NCBI GenBank assembly: GCA_045651685.1
Contig: JAZRSV010000019.1
Location: forward strand, 9,794-73,793
Reading direction: 5' to 3'
Length of the DNA stretch: 64,000 nucleotides
Source: Clostridia bacterium
GTDB taxonomy: Bacteria; Bacillota; Clostridia; Christensenellales; UBA1242
The notes beneath the pieces were generated by a model. The model did no database searches. It saw nothing but the letters and a program-made list of their open reading frames with translations, and had not been told where the DNA came from. The translations under genes were made by a program, and so were the position numbers. Shown here in pieces: positions 18,915-28,314 of the stretch (its first letter is position 1; each line of letters begins with the position of its first letter).

Positions 18915-19622
18915 CTATCGGCGCAATCTTCTTCTAATAAAGTTTAGACCAATCATTGAAGAAATAAACTCTGCAACATATGTATATGCTGCTGCAGCAA
19001 ATATTTTTTTAGCTTTTCTTTGTTCTTCATGATCAAATACATGATATTGGTTAAGCAATTCTTTTGCTCTTCTTGAAGCATCATATTCTACCGGTATGGT
19101 AAATATTCTAAACAAGAAACCTGCAACTACTACGCCAAGGCATGACCACAATATGATAATTGAAGTATCACGGGTATTTTCGAAAAGTAGCATTATAACA
19201 GCTGCAACAACAGCAGGTAATACAAACTTGTTAAATACTCTTGATATAAAGCCTAAAGAGCGAACCAAGTTAAAAGAGAATGGTGACTTGCTATGTTGCA
19301 AAGCATGACCAAATTCGTGAGCTGCAACAGCTATAGCTGCAACAGATCTTTTGTCATAAGTGCTATCAGACAAAGCAATAACTCTCTTGCTTGGGATGTA
19401 GCAGTCTGTTAGGTGACCTTTAATACGAGCAAAGGTAAGTTTGTCTACGCCTAAAGTATCTCTAGCCGCAATCAAAAATTGTTGTGTGCTAAAGCCTGAT
19501 TTGGCGATAACTTGATCGTATTTTTTGAACAGTCTCATTAATTTTGAATGAGCTGTTAGCAATGATATCAGCAATAATACCACTGCAGCAATTGATATGA
19601 TAATAATATATTTTGTTTCCAT
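18915..19622 (-). CDS. membrane zinc metallopeptidase, YugP-like (tandem paralog)
   Basis: Same HEFGHALQH motif and topology as the neighbouring gene. Confidence 0.8.
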   Translation of the reverse strand: METKYIIIISIAAVVLLLISLLTAHSKLMRLFKKYDQVIAKSGFSTQQFLIAARDTLGVDKLTFARIKGHLTDCYIPSKRVIALSDSTYDKRSVAAIAVAAHEFGHALQHSKSPFSFNLVRSLGFISRVFNKFVLPAVVAAVIMLLFENTRDTSIIILWSCLGVVVAGFLFRIFTIPVEYDASRRAKELLNQYHVFDHEEQRKAKKIFAAAAYTYVAEFISSMIGLNFIRRRLRR

Positions 19623-19662
19623 GTCTTTATTATATAATTAATTATATAATTTTTCAAACGAT

Positions 19663-20616
19663 TTATGGTTGAAAAATATTATTTATTTTATTATTTTTTA
19701 TGTCAAACTTAAAAAGTTTTGCCATATTGCCATGTTTGACAGGATAAATAAGGGCAATTTGACAGTCATTATCACAGTATCTGTTTTGACAAATATCTAC
19801 AAAATCACCAAAAAAACTCTTTAAGTGCTCTACCTTTAGTTTTGTAGATAGCTCTTGCGATAGATATTGGTTTGCTAGTTTATAGTTATTTATTTGCAAA
19901 GCTTCTAAAAAAGCATAGGGCACAAGCATGTCGTTTTTTATTATGTTTGGCTTATTGTTGATATATACAGCTTGAGTGTTATAAGCGTATGGATTTTTAG
20001 AAAAATCTAGCTCTGCAATAATGCCATGCTTTGCCATATCTCTTTGGTTGAGATAACCCTTTAGCAGCAAGTCGTTTATTTGCAAATCGTCAAAAAGTTT
20101 TTCTTCGACAATTGATAGTTGTTGGTCCAAAATCAAAACATATGTCTGTTCTGCACACTCTGCTTGCAAAACAAGGTAGTTGCCAAGAACTTTTGTTTGC
20201 AAGTTTTGTATAAAAAAGTTTGTGTCATAAACAAATGGTTTTGTCTCGCCAAAAATAACAATATGTGATGGTAAGCCACTATATAATATGCATTTTAAGC
20301 TGTGTCCGTTATAAGTCTGGTTTTTTGTTTCGCTTTTTTGATACATTGTGGGGTAGCACTTTGGTTTTATTATGCACTCAAACTTATTGTCGGGGTATTG
20401 GGTTATTAGCAAGTTTTGGTTATGACTTTTTGGGTCAAGTTTGACTATATATGGCAAGCATATTTGGTCATTGTTTGATATGGGATACACCTTTAACAAA
20501 GCATTGTCATCACAAACAATTGTCTTAAACTGATAGATATTTTCAATCAAAAACTCTTGTTCGTTGTATACTATCAGCGCAGGCATAAAGCTTTTTATAT
20601 AAAAAGTTTTTTGCAT
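19663..20616 (-). CDS. hypothetical protein (317 aa)
   Basis: Long ORF with an AAGGAG RBS; no recognisable family. Confidence 0.6.
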   Translation of the reverse strand: MQKTFYIKSFMPALIVYNEQEFLIENIYQFKTIVCDDNALLKVYPISNNDQICLPYIVKLDPKSHNQNLLITQYPDNKFECIIKPKCYPTMYQKSETKNQTYNGHSLKCILYSGLPSHIVIFGETKPFVYDTNFFIQNLQTKVLGNYLVLQAECAEQTYVLILDQQLSIVEEKLFDDLQINDLLLKGYLNQRDMAKHGIIAELDFSKNPYAYNTQAVYINNKPNIIKNDMLVPYAFLEALQINNYKLANQYLSQELSTKLKVEHLKSFFGDFVDICQNRYCDNDCQIALIYPVKHGNMAKLFKFDIKNNKINNIFQP

Positions 20617-20753
20617 ATATACTCCTTATTTTATTATCTTATGATAAGGCAGATCATATTATGCTTTTTTGATTTGCTTGTGATGTGATGGTGGTAGCAT
20701 TGTATATCAAATGTCTATTGACAAATAAAAAAGTTTATGATATTTTATAAGTA

Positions 20754-20872
20754 GAAATCAGCTCAGCCCGGAGGGCAATTTTCTTGTGGCAACACAGCAC
20801 GGAGTTGATTTTTTTTATTTATATTAAACATTAGTAAAGCTACTAGACTACCTAGTAGCTTTTTATTTTTTT
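20754..20872 (+). ncRNA. candidate small structured RNA (promoter TTGACA-17-TATTTT at 20718-20746; terminator at 20837-20872)
   Basis: GC-rich island in an AT-rich spacer. Closing stem TCAGCTC/GAGTTGA, inner hairpins GCCC-GGA-GGGC and UGUG-GCAA-CACA (GNRA loop), then U8, then a perfect GCTACTAG/CTAGTAGC terminator. Confidence 0.3.
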
Positions 20873-20952
20873 GTGTGAGTTTTGTTGGCGATGTTGGGTA
20901 TAAAATATTTTTTTGTTGACAATAATTGCAATATAAAAAAGGTAGATATAAT

Positions 20953-21438
20953 ATGTGGGGCAAAGAAGAAATAAAAAATCTGATTGATACTGTGAGTGAA
21001 ATGAGACAACATAACAAAAGTTTGATGTGTGCCTTTGTTGTACACGCAGACAAATACAATCGCAGTCCAAACACCGTAAAAAACTTTTATTACAAATATA
21101 AGTTGTATACAAAGACAAGTTTTGACAAACAATCAGGCACTAATGACTATAAAATGGCGCTTGATAGTAAAGTTATTAATATTGCTACTTGCAAAAAGCG
21201 AACAGGTATTTTACAAGACAAAGATATAACAGCTTTGTTTTTGGGATTGGTAAGATTGATAAAGGCCGAAGCTGCAAAAGATGCCAGTGCCGAGCTAAAA
21301 AAAGAATGCGAATTTGCAACATATAATTATCAAAAAACACTAAACCTTCTAAAGCTAAAAGAAAACGAACTAGACAAACTAAAGAGCATAAACGAAACTC
21401 TTAACAAACAAGTAGAGCAATTAAAAGATAAAAGTTAG
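20953..21438 (+). CDS. RsfA-like Myb/SANT-domain transcriptional regulator (putative, sporulation-associated family)
   Basis: W-x2-EE-x3-L-x3-V...RSPNTVKNFYYKYKL fits a Myb-like repeat as in the RsfA family; coiled-coil C-terminus. The ATG at 20953 is preferred over 20926. Confidence 0.45.
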   Translation: MWGKEEIKNLIDTVSEMRQHNKSLMCAFVVHADKYNRSPNTVKNFYYKYKLYTKTSFDKQSGTNDYKMALDSKVINIATCKKRTGILQDKDITALFLGLVRLIKAEAAKDASAELKKECEFATYNYQKTLNLLKLKENELDKLKSINETLNKQVEQLKDKS

Positions 21439-21513
21439 TATAGTTTGGCAAAAGCAACAATTTTATTTTACTACTTATTATAAAAATGCTAAAATTGTTG
21501 TGAGGACTAATAC

Positions 21514-24500
21514 ATGCTAAACATTTTTTGTGGTACAACACTGTTTGCTCAAGACAAAAGCTTGTACAATGTGCTTAAGTCTAATAGAGATGGCACTAGT
21601 CACAATATTTTTATTGTGCCAGACAGATATTCTTTAAGTACTGAAAAGGCAATTTTTGAAAATCTAGACATATTAAGTGCATTTGATATAGATGTACTTA
21701 CTTTGTCACGCCTTGCTAGCAAAACTATGCCTGCTTTTAATGATATCGGTAAGACAGCAGGTATTATGATTGTAAAAAAGGTTTTGTTAGAAAACAAATC
21801 AAAGTTTAAGTGTTTTGATAAGGCACTTTTGAGTGCTGGTTTTAGCGAAGATTTGTATAGCACAATAAGCCAACTAAAAAGCTGCAAGGTTAGTCCAGAA
21901 CAAATTTATTTTGATAATGCGCAAGATTATTTGCAACTAAAAATGAATGACATTGCACTTGTTTACGAAAATTATCAAAAATACCTTAAAGATAACAACC
22001 TAAAAGACAGCTCTGACAAATTTGAAGAGTTTGAACAAATAATACAAAATAGTGATTTTATAAAAAACAGTCACATTTATATATCTCATTTTGACAGTAT
22101 GACATTGCAAGGTTATCAAATAATAAAACAACTTATACAAACTGCCAAATCTGTCAACATAGCTGTGACTAAAAACAACAATGCCGCCAACAATCATATA
22201 TATCTTAACGATATGTACAACACCATTGTTGGTCTTGCAGCGAGTGCTAATATCAAACCTAATTTTTACAACTGCGATAGTGGTACTGTAGGTCAATATA
22301 GACATTTAGAAAACAACTTGTTTGCATATAAACCACAAGTACAAAAATTAGAACAAAGCAAAATAGAGATTTTTGAACATATAACATTAGAAGAAGAACT
22401 TATCCGTGCAGCAACCAAGATTGTTGCTGGCGTAAAAAACAAAGACTTGTTATATCGTGATTATGCAGTAGCTATTGCTGGGCTTGAGACAAAAGTCGAT
22501 GTAGTAAAAAAAGTATTGGACAAATTTGGTATAAGTTATTATCTTGATGCAACAACCGAGTATCAAGATACAATACTATTTAAGTTTTTAGATTCTGCAT
22601 TTAGATTAGTTAACAGATATTATCGCAAAACTGATATTATTGCTTTTGCAAAAAATATTTTTGTACAAAGTGATGATGTTGACCTTTTTGAAGATTTTGT
22701 TAACAAATATTCTATAGAAGGTGGCCGTTTTGTTAAAGAACTAGACTATCTAAAGCAAGATGCCGATTATCAAGTTTATAACAATGTTAGACAAAATATT
22801 TTGCAAGGCATAAGCATTTTAAGTGCTGCTTTTGACAAAGAGCAAAAGACTAGTGTGTTTAGCCAAGCAATAAAAGACATGTTAATTTGTTATGATGCAA
22901 GTGCCAAACTTAACAATCTTGCATTACACTTTGCAAGTAGCAATTTGCAAATGTACAAACTGTTGCCACAATTATTGCCAAAACTTATCGAAACCCTTGA
23001 TGGGTTGGATCAAGTACTTGGTAGTGTAGAGATGAGTTTTGTAGATTATATCGACATACTCAATTGTGGACTTAAGAGTATATCATTGTCTACAACACCA
23101 CTATCATGCGATAGTGTTTTTGTGGGTGATGCAAGCAAGAGCTTGTTTGATAGGGTAAAAAACCTTATCATTCTTGGTTGCAACGAAAATGATTTGCCTT
23201 ATTATAAACAAGACTGTGGCATTATAACAGACAAAGAGATTCAAGAATTATCTATCAAATATAAAATAGAACCAACCATAAAAACTATTAACCAACGAGA
23301 GCGATACAAATTATTTAATTTGCTAGTTAGCCCGCTTGATAATTTGGTTGTTAGTTATCATATCAAAAACGGAAACGATAAAGTGACCGGTGCTAGTTGG
23401 GTAAAACAAATAAAAGAAATGTTTTTGGTAAAATTTAGAGACGAGTATTTGCCTCTTGATGTTTTTACCAATGCATACAACAATGAGACCTTTATCGAAA
23501 ATTTAGCAACAACTACCTGTGCTCAAACAAAGCTGTTAGAGTACTTGCGTTTTGTTGCCGATGGATACAGGTTTACTAACGAAGACGATATATCGACACT
23601 TTATAATGTGTTAAAAGATAAGTGCGATTATGCGCAATATCTAAACTATGACAATTCAAATAAAAAACTAGCAAAAAATGTGTTTTTTGTTAACAACACA
23701 TTAAGTGTTTCACAAATAGAGAGATTTTATGATTGTCCATTTAAGCATTTTGTAGACTATGGCCTAAAGTTAAAACAAAAACAAATAGGCGATATAGACA
23801 ATATGCAAGTGGGCAACATTTTGCACGAGCTTATTAAGGTTTTTGTAGACAAATACAAAGCTGATAAAAATATAGATATTCAAAGCATCTCTCAAAAAAT
23901 CTTTGATACTATTATGCAAAAACCTGACTATGTACATTTGTTGCATTCTCCACAAAACAAAATGCAATTAGTATCTCTAAAAAAAGAAGCCGCAAGACTA
24001 TGTAGTGGTGTAGCTTATCAAATGGACAATAGTGATTTTAGACCGATCTTTACCGAAGCTCGTTTTTCGGATAATGGTAAGATAAAATCTATAACAATAC
24101 AAGTTGGCAAATACAATCTAAAACTTGTAGGTGCTGTCGATCGCATTGATGCCTTTGGAGATTATTTTAGAATTATTGATTATAAAACAGGCAGCTGCGA
24201 TGCAAACCTAAATCAACTATACTATGGTAAAAAGTTGCAGTTGTATGCTTATCAAAAAGTTGTACAAAACAACTTAAAACTAAAGCCTGCTGGTTGTTAT
24301 TATTTGCCAGTAAGCAGTAAGTATCAAAAAGATGATGAAGACACTTCTGGTATATACAAACTAAAAGGTTATACTGCAAGAGACAACGATGTAATATTTG
24401 CCTCTGACAAAAATTTGGTAGAGTCGCTTGAGAGCAACATAATAGAAGTAAAACGAAACGCTCCAACCAAAAAAGAACAATATGTTTATAGCAGTTATTC

Positions 24501-24747
24501 TAAACTTGCAAGTCAACAAGATTTGTTAAATTTTGCAGACTATGCAATAGCTATGATCAAACAAGCTGTAGAACAAATCGTAGATGGCAACATCAATGCC
24601 AGTCCACTAAAACTTGCATCAAACAAATCTGCCTGCGAGTATTGTCCTTATCATGCTTTGTGTCGTTTTGACGAAAAGCTAAATAATACAACAAGACACC
24701 TTGCTGGCAAGGTAGAAATTGCTAGCTTTGAGGAGGTGCAAAAATGA
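21514..24747 (+). CDS. addB: ATP-dependent helicase/nuclease subunit B (AddB/RexB type)
   Basis: C-terminal PD-(D/E)xK nuclease (IDYKTG) with the Fe-S cysteine cluster CEYCPYHALC; degenerate N-terminal Walker A; its 3' end overlaps addA. Confidence 0.85.
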   Translation: MLNIFCGTTLFAQDKSLYNVLKSNRDGTSHNIFIVPDRYSLSTEKAIFENLDILSAFDIDVLTLSRLASKTMPAFNDIGKTAGIMIVKKVLLENKSKFKCFDKALLSAGFSEDLYSTISQLKSCKVSPEQIYFDNAQDYLQLKMNDIALVYENYQKYLKDNNLKDSSDKFEEFEQIIQNSDFIKNSHIYISHFDSMTLQGYQIIKQLIQTAKSVNIAVTKNNNAANNHIYLNDMYNTIVGLAASANIKPNFYNCDSGTVGQYRHLENNLFAYKPQVQKLEQSKIEIFEHITLEEELIRAATKIVAGVKNKDLLYRDYAVAIAGLETKVDVVKKVLDKFGISYYLDATTEYQDTILFKFLDSAFRLVNRYYRKTDIIAFAKNIFVQSDDVDLFEDFVNKYSIEGGRFVKELDYLKQDADYQVYNNVRQNILQGISILSAAFDKEQKTSVFSQAIKDMLICYDASAKLNNLALHFASSNLQMYKLLPQLLPKLIETLDGLDQVLGSVEMSFVDYIDILNCGLKSISLSTTPLSCDSVFVGDASKSLFDRVKNLIILGCNENDLPYYKQDCGIITDKEIQELSIKYKIEPTIKTINQRERYKLFNLLVSPLDNLVVSYHIKNGNDKVTGASWVKQIKEMFLVKFRDEYLPLDVFTNAYNNETFIENLATTTCAQTKLLEYLRFVADGYRFTNEDDISTLYNVLKDKCDYAQYLNYDNSNKKLAKNVFFVNNTLSVSQIERFYDCPFKHFVDYGLKLKQKQIGDIDNMQVGNILHELIKVFVDKYKADKNIDIQSISQKIFDTIMQKPDYVHLLHSPQNKMQLVSLKKEAARLCSGVAYQMDNSDFRPIFTEARFSDNGKIKSITIQVGKYNLKLVGAVDRIDAFGDYFRIIDYKTGSCDANLNQLYYGKKLQLYAYQKVVQNNLKLKPAGCYYLPVSSKYQKDDEDTSGIYKLKGYTARDNDVIFASDKNLVESLESNIIEVKRNAPTKKEQYVYSSYSKLASQQDLLNFADYAIAMIKQAVEQIVDGNINASPLKLASNKSACEYCPYHALCRFDEKLNNTTRHLAGKVEIASFEEVQK

Positions 24748-27700
24748 GCGAAAACAAAACAAAATATACACCTGCTCAACAAGCTGTAATTGAATCTTCA
24801 GGCAACAATCTTTTGGTGTCTGCAGGTGCAGGTAGTGGTAAGACAACAGTGCTTGTCGAAAAGGCCACCACTCAAATAAAAAACAAAGAAGTCAAGCTTG
24901 ATCAATTGCTTATTGTCACCTTTACTGAGAGTGCCTCAAATGAGATGAAACAACGCCTGTATGAGAAGTTAAGCGAGCATTCTGCCGACCCAGTGGTCGC
25001 AGAAGAATTAGAGAATATAAATAATAGCGATATATGTACATTGCATAGTTTTTGTCAGAAAATTATTAAGCAATACTTTTATGAGTTAGATATCGACCCA
25101 GCGTTCGGAATTATTGATGATAATGATTCTAGCTATCTAAAAGCGCAAATATTGCAAGATATATTACAACAACAATCTGCAGAGTACGATAGTAATTTTG
25201 AAAGACTTACAGAGATATTTTATAAGGGTAGAAAGTCTAACAATCTTAAAGACAATATTTTGTCTTTTTATGAGTTTTTGCAAACACAAGATGATAGACA
25301 AATCTTTTTACAAAACATCTCAAAATCATGCTACAATGTTGACCTAAAAAACAACCCTGCAGCAACACTTATTAACAAAAAAGTTTGTTTAGATTGTGCT
25401 TACTTTTTAAGAGAGTTCAAAAGTAAACTTGACATAGCGCAAGGCCTTAAACTGCCTAAACTTGAGAGCTTGCTTAGCAGCATAGTTCAAGGGCTGAGTT
25501 TGATAAATATTGAAAATGATTTTGAGACAAATTTTGACAATGCAAAAACTGTATTTAGTTTGTCTGGTGGTTTTGGCTATTGCAAAAAAGAAGACGAACA
25601 ACTTGCTACAGAATGTGCCGAGTTGTGGGAGACTTTTGGCAAGGCAAAAAATAATATCAAAGAATTGTATTGTCAAGATAATGTTGATTTGATTGTTGAG
25701 CATCTAGCAAAAGCAAGTAGAGTTATAGACAAATTTGTAGAGCTAACTTTACTTTTTGAAAAAGAATACACATATCAAAAAAGTGCAAAAAAAGTTTTAG
25801 ACTTTAATGATTTAGAAAAGTACGCTCTAAAACTTTTGTCTAATGATACTTTGCGCAAAGCGCTTGTTGGTAAATATAAGTTTATTTATATTGACGAGTA
25901 CCAAGACATCAACAACATTCAAGAGAGTATATTAAACAAATTAACCAACGGCAAAAACCTTATCATGGTAGGCGATATCAAACAAAGTATATATGCCTTT
26001 AGAAATAGTAGCCCTCAAATATTTATAGACAAAAAAGGTAGCTACGAGCTTGATAATGCCAAAGGTACTGTTATTGACCTTAACGAAAACTTTAGAAGCA
26101 ACCCATTAATTTTGAAGTTTATAAACAAAATTTTTGACCAAGTTATGACATTAGATTTTGGTGGAGTTGACTACAAAAATAGAGGTTCTTTTAATGGCAG
26201 GGCGGAGTACCAAAAAGTAAATGATTTGCCAGAGGTAAGCGTCAACATTATTAATGACCACAAAGAAGAAACAGAAATCGTAAGTGGTCTATACAATATT
26301 GATCAAGATATAAAACAAACAACATCATCAAAACAATTAGAAGCACATTTTGTAGCGCAACAAATTTCTAAACTTGTAGGCGCACATCAAATATATGATG
26401 CAAAAAAGAAAACAACAAAAACAATAGAGTATAAAGATATTACAATTTTATGCAGAACCAGAAACTTGCTAAAAGATTTTGCTAATATGCTTATCAAATA
26501 CAACATACCTGTTTCTGCCAACTTGCATGAGAGTATGTTTGACAACCCTGACATTATGTTTTTGTTAAGTTTGTTAAAAGTTATTAATAATCCAAATGAT
26601 GACATTGAGCTTGCAACAGTCTTGTCTCATCATTTGTTAGGCTTTGATTATGAAGAATTAATAACAATAAGACAATCAACCGACCAAGACAATTTTTATC
26701 TAGCATGCAAAGAATATTTGTCAAGAGACAACGACCTTGCAAAAAAACTACAAGATGTTTTTGACTATTTTAAGGAGTTGCGTTTTGAGAGCAACTTTGC
26801 AAGTATATACAACTTGCTACTTATGTTAGACAATAAGCTTGGCATAACTAATTACTTTTTGTCTTTGCCAAATGGTAGAGATAGGCAAGTGGTTGTTAAC
26901 AATTATATTGAGAGCTTTAGTGGTTCTAGCTACAACTATGACCTTGTAGGTTATATCAACTATGTAGATACATACCTAAAAGATAGTGTAAACGCCACCA
27001 ACATTATTCAACCTGCAGACTGTGTAAAACTAGACACAATACATTCGAGTAAGGGTCTAGAGTATAACATAGTATTTTTGGTAGGTTGTGGCGAAGGCTT
27101 TGTAAAATTGAGTACCAAGCAAGATCTTGTCAAAGAAAAATCTTTAGGTCTTGGTATCAACTATTATGACCTAGATAGTAGAGCTGCTTACAACACTATT
27201 GCAAAAAAGGCAATAAACATGCAAATAGAGCAAAGTGAATTATTAGAAGAAACACGCCTTTTGTATGTAGCTTTGTCTCGTGCAAAAAATCATCTATATA
27301 TTGTAGGCAAAGCTAATGTAGAAAAGATAAATACTCAACCATCAGAGTATAGTATTCGTAAGGCAAATAATTATTTAGAATGGATACTATCTGGCTTTGA
27401 TACTAACACTCTAAAAGCAATAAAACTAGGAAACAAAGATTTTGTTTCTAATCCAAAAACAATGCCTGTTGTTGTAAGAGTTTTTGATAGAGACGATCTT
27501 GTCCAAAGTGATATCAAAAATCCTATACAAGCTTTTGATACAAGTGTTGTTAACAAACAATTGTTTGACGATATACAAACATATCTTAACAAACCATATC
27601 ACAATCAACTAGCAACAACAATAGCGCAAAAAAACTCTGTCACTTCGCTTATGGCGATGCAAGATAATTATGAGAGTATTAACAACGAACCAAAGGTGTT

Positions 27701-28226
27701 TGACTTATCAGAACACAATAGTGGTGTAGACTTTGACTTTGCAAAACTTGGTACTGCATATCATACAGTTATGCAGTATGTAGATTTTGACATTGTGTCA
27801 GAAGATCAAGTAAAAACTTTGATAAATAAGTTAATAGCAAACAATGTTTATCTTGCAGATTATCTAAACAAAGTTTCTTGCAAAAAGATTTTGCAAGCAG
27901 TGCAACAATTAAAACAATTTGATCTAAAAAATGCTTTGAGAGAAAAGCAATTTATGATGTATGTACCTCACAACCAAGTAGTGCCTGGTAGCTCACTAGA
28001 AGACAAGGTTTTGCTGCAAGGTGTTATTGACTTAATTGTCGTTGGCGACCGCAACATCATTATTGATTATAAGACAACTCGCACAGACACGGCAGAACAA
28101 TTGGTCGAAAAATACCAAGTACAAATGGATCTTTACAAAAAAGCTGCAGAGCTAGCTTTGGGTAAAAATATCGACCAAGTGTACATTTATTCGTTTATAC
28201 ACAATAAAATTGTCCAAGTTTTTTGA
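24744..28226 (+). CDS. addA: ATP-dependent helicase/nuclease subunit A
   Basis: UvrD-like GAGSGKT Walker A and helicase motifs; C-terminal RecB nuclease (VIDLIVVGD...IIDYKTTR). Confidence 0.9.
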   Translation: MSENKTKYTPAQQAVIESSGNNLLVSAGAGSGKTTVLVEKATTQIKNKEVKLDQLLIVTFTESASNEMKQRLYEKLSEHSADPVVAEELENINNSDICTLHSFCQKIIKQYFYELDIDPAFGIIDDNDSSYLKAQILQDILQQQSAEYDSNFERLTEIFYKGRKSNNLKDNILSFYEFLQTQDDRQIFLQNISKSCYNVDLKNNPAATLINKKVCLDCAYFLREFKSKLDIAQGLKLPKLESLLSSIVQGLSLINIENDFETNFDNAKTVFSLSGGFGYCKKEDEQLATECAELWETFGKAKNNIKELYCQDNVDLIVEHLAKASRVIDKFVELTLLFEKEYTYQKSAKKVLDFNDLEKYALKLLSNDTLRKALVGKYKFIYIDEYQDINNIQESILNKLTNGKNLIMVGDIKQSIYAFRNSSPQIFIDKKGSYELDNAKGTVIDLNENFRSNPLILKFINKIFDQVMTLDFGGVDYKNRGSFNGRAEYQKVNDLPEVSVNIINDHKEETEIVSGLYNIDQDIKQTTSSKQLEAHFVAQQISKLVGAHQIYDAKKKTTKTIEYKDITILCRTRNLLKDFANMLIKYNIPVSANLHESMFDNPDIMFLLSLLKVINNPNDDIELATVLSHHLLGFDYEELITIRQSTDQDNFYLACKEYLSRDNDLAKKLQDVFDYFKELRFESNFASIYNLLLMLDNKLGITNYFLSLPNGRDRQVVVNNYIESFSGSSYNYDLVGYINYVDTYLKDSVNATNIIQPADCVKLDTIHSSKGLEYNIVFLVGCGEGFVKLSTKQDLVKEKSLGLGINYYDLDSRAAYNTIAKKAINMQIEQSELLEETRLLYVALSRAKNHLYIVGKANVEKINTQPSEYSIRKANNYLEWILSGFDTNTLKAIKLGNKDFVSNPKTMPVVVRVFDRDDLVQSDIKNPIQAFDTSVVNKQLFDDIQTYLNKPYHNQLATTIAQKNSVTSLMAMQDNYESINNEPKVFDLSEHNSGVDFDFAKLGTAYHTVMQYVDFDIVSEDQVKTLINKLIANNVYLADYLNKVSCKKILQAVQQLKQFDLKNALREKQFMMYVPHNQVVPGSSLEDKVLLQGVIDLIVVGDRNIIIDYKTTRTDTAEQLVEKYQVQMDLYKKAAELALGKNIDQVYIYSFIHNKIVQVF

Positions 28227-28314
28227 AAAAAAGTAAAAAATTAATATTTATTTATTAGTAAATATAATTTTTTTGTGTTATACTAACAACATAAATTAGG
28301 CAAAGGAGAAAATT

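Noticed and set aside
20758-20808. sRNA candidate considered as small SRP RNA (ffs)
   Set aside because: It has partial similarity to the domain IV motif, but the fold is a three-way junction with a triloop rather than the single extended helix-8 hairpin with a GGAA loop. Left as an unassigned sRNA candidate.
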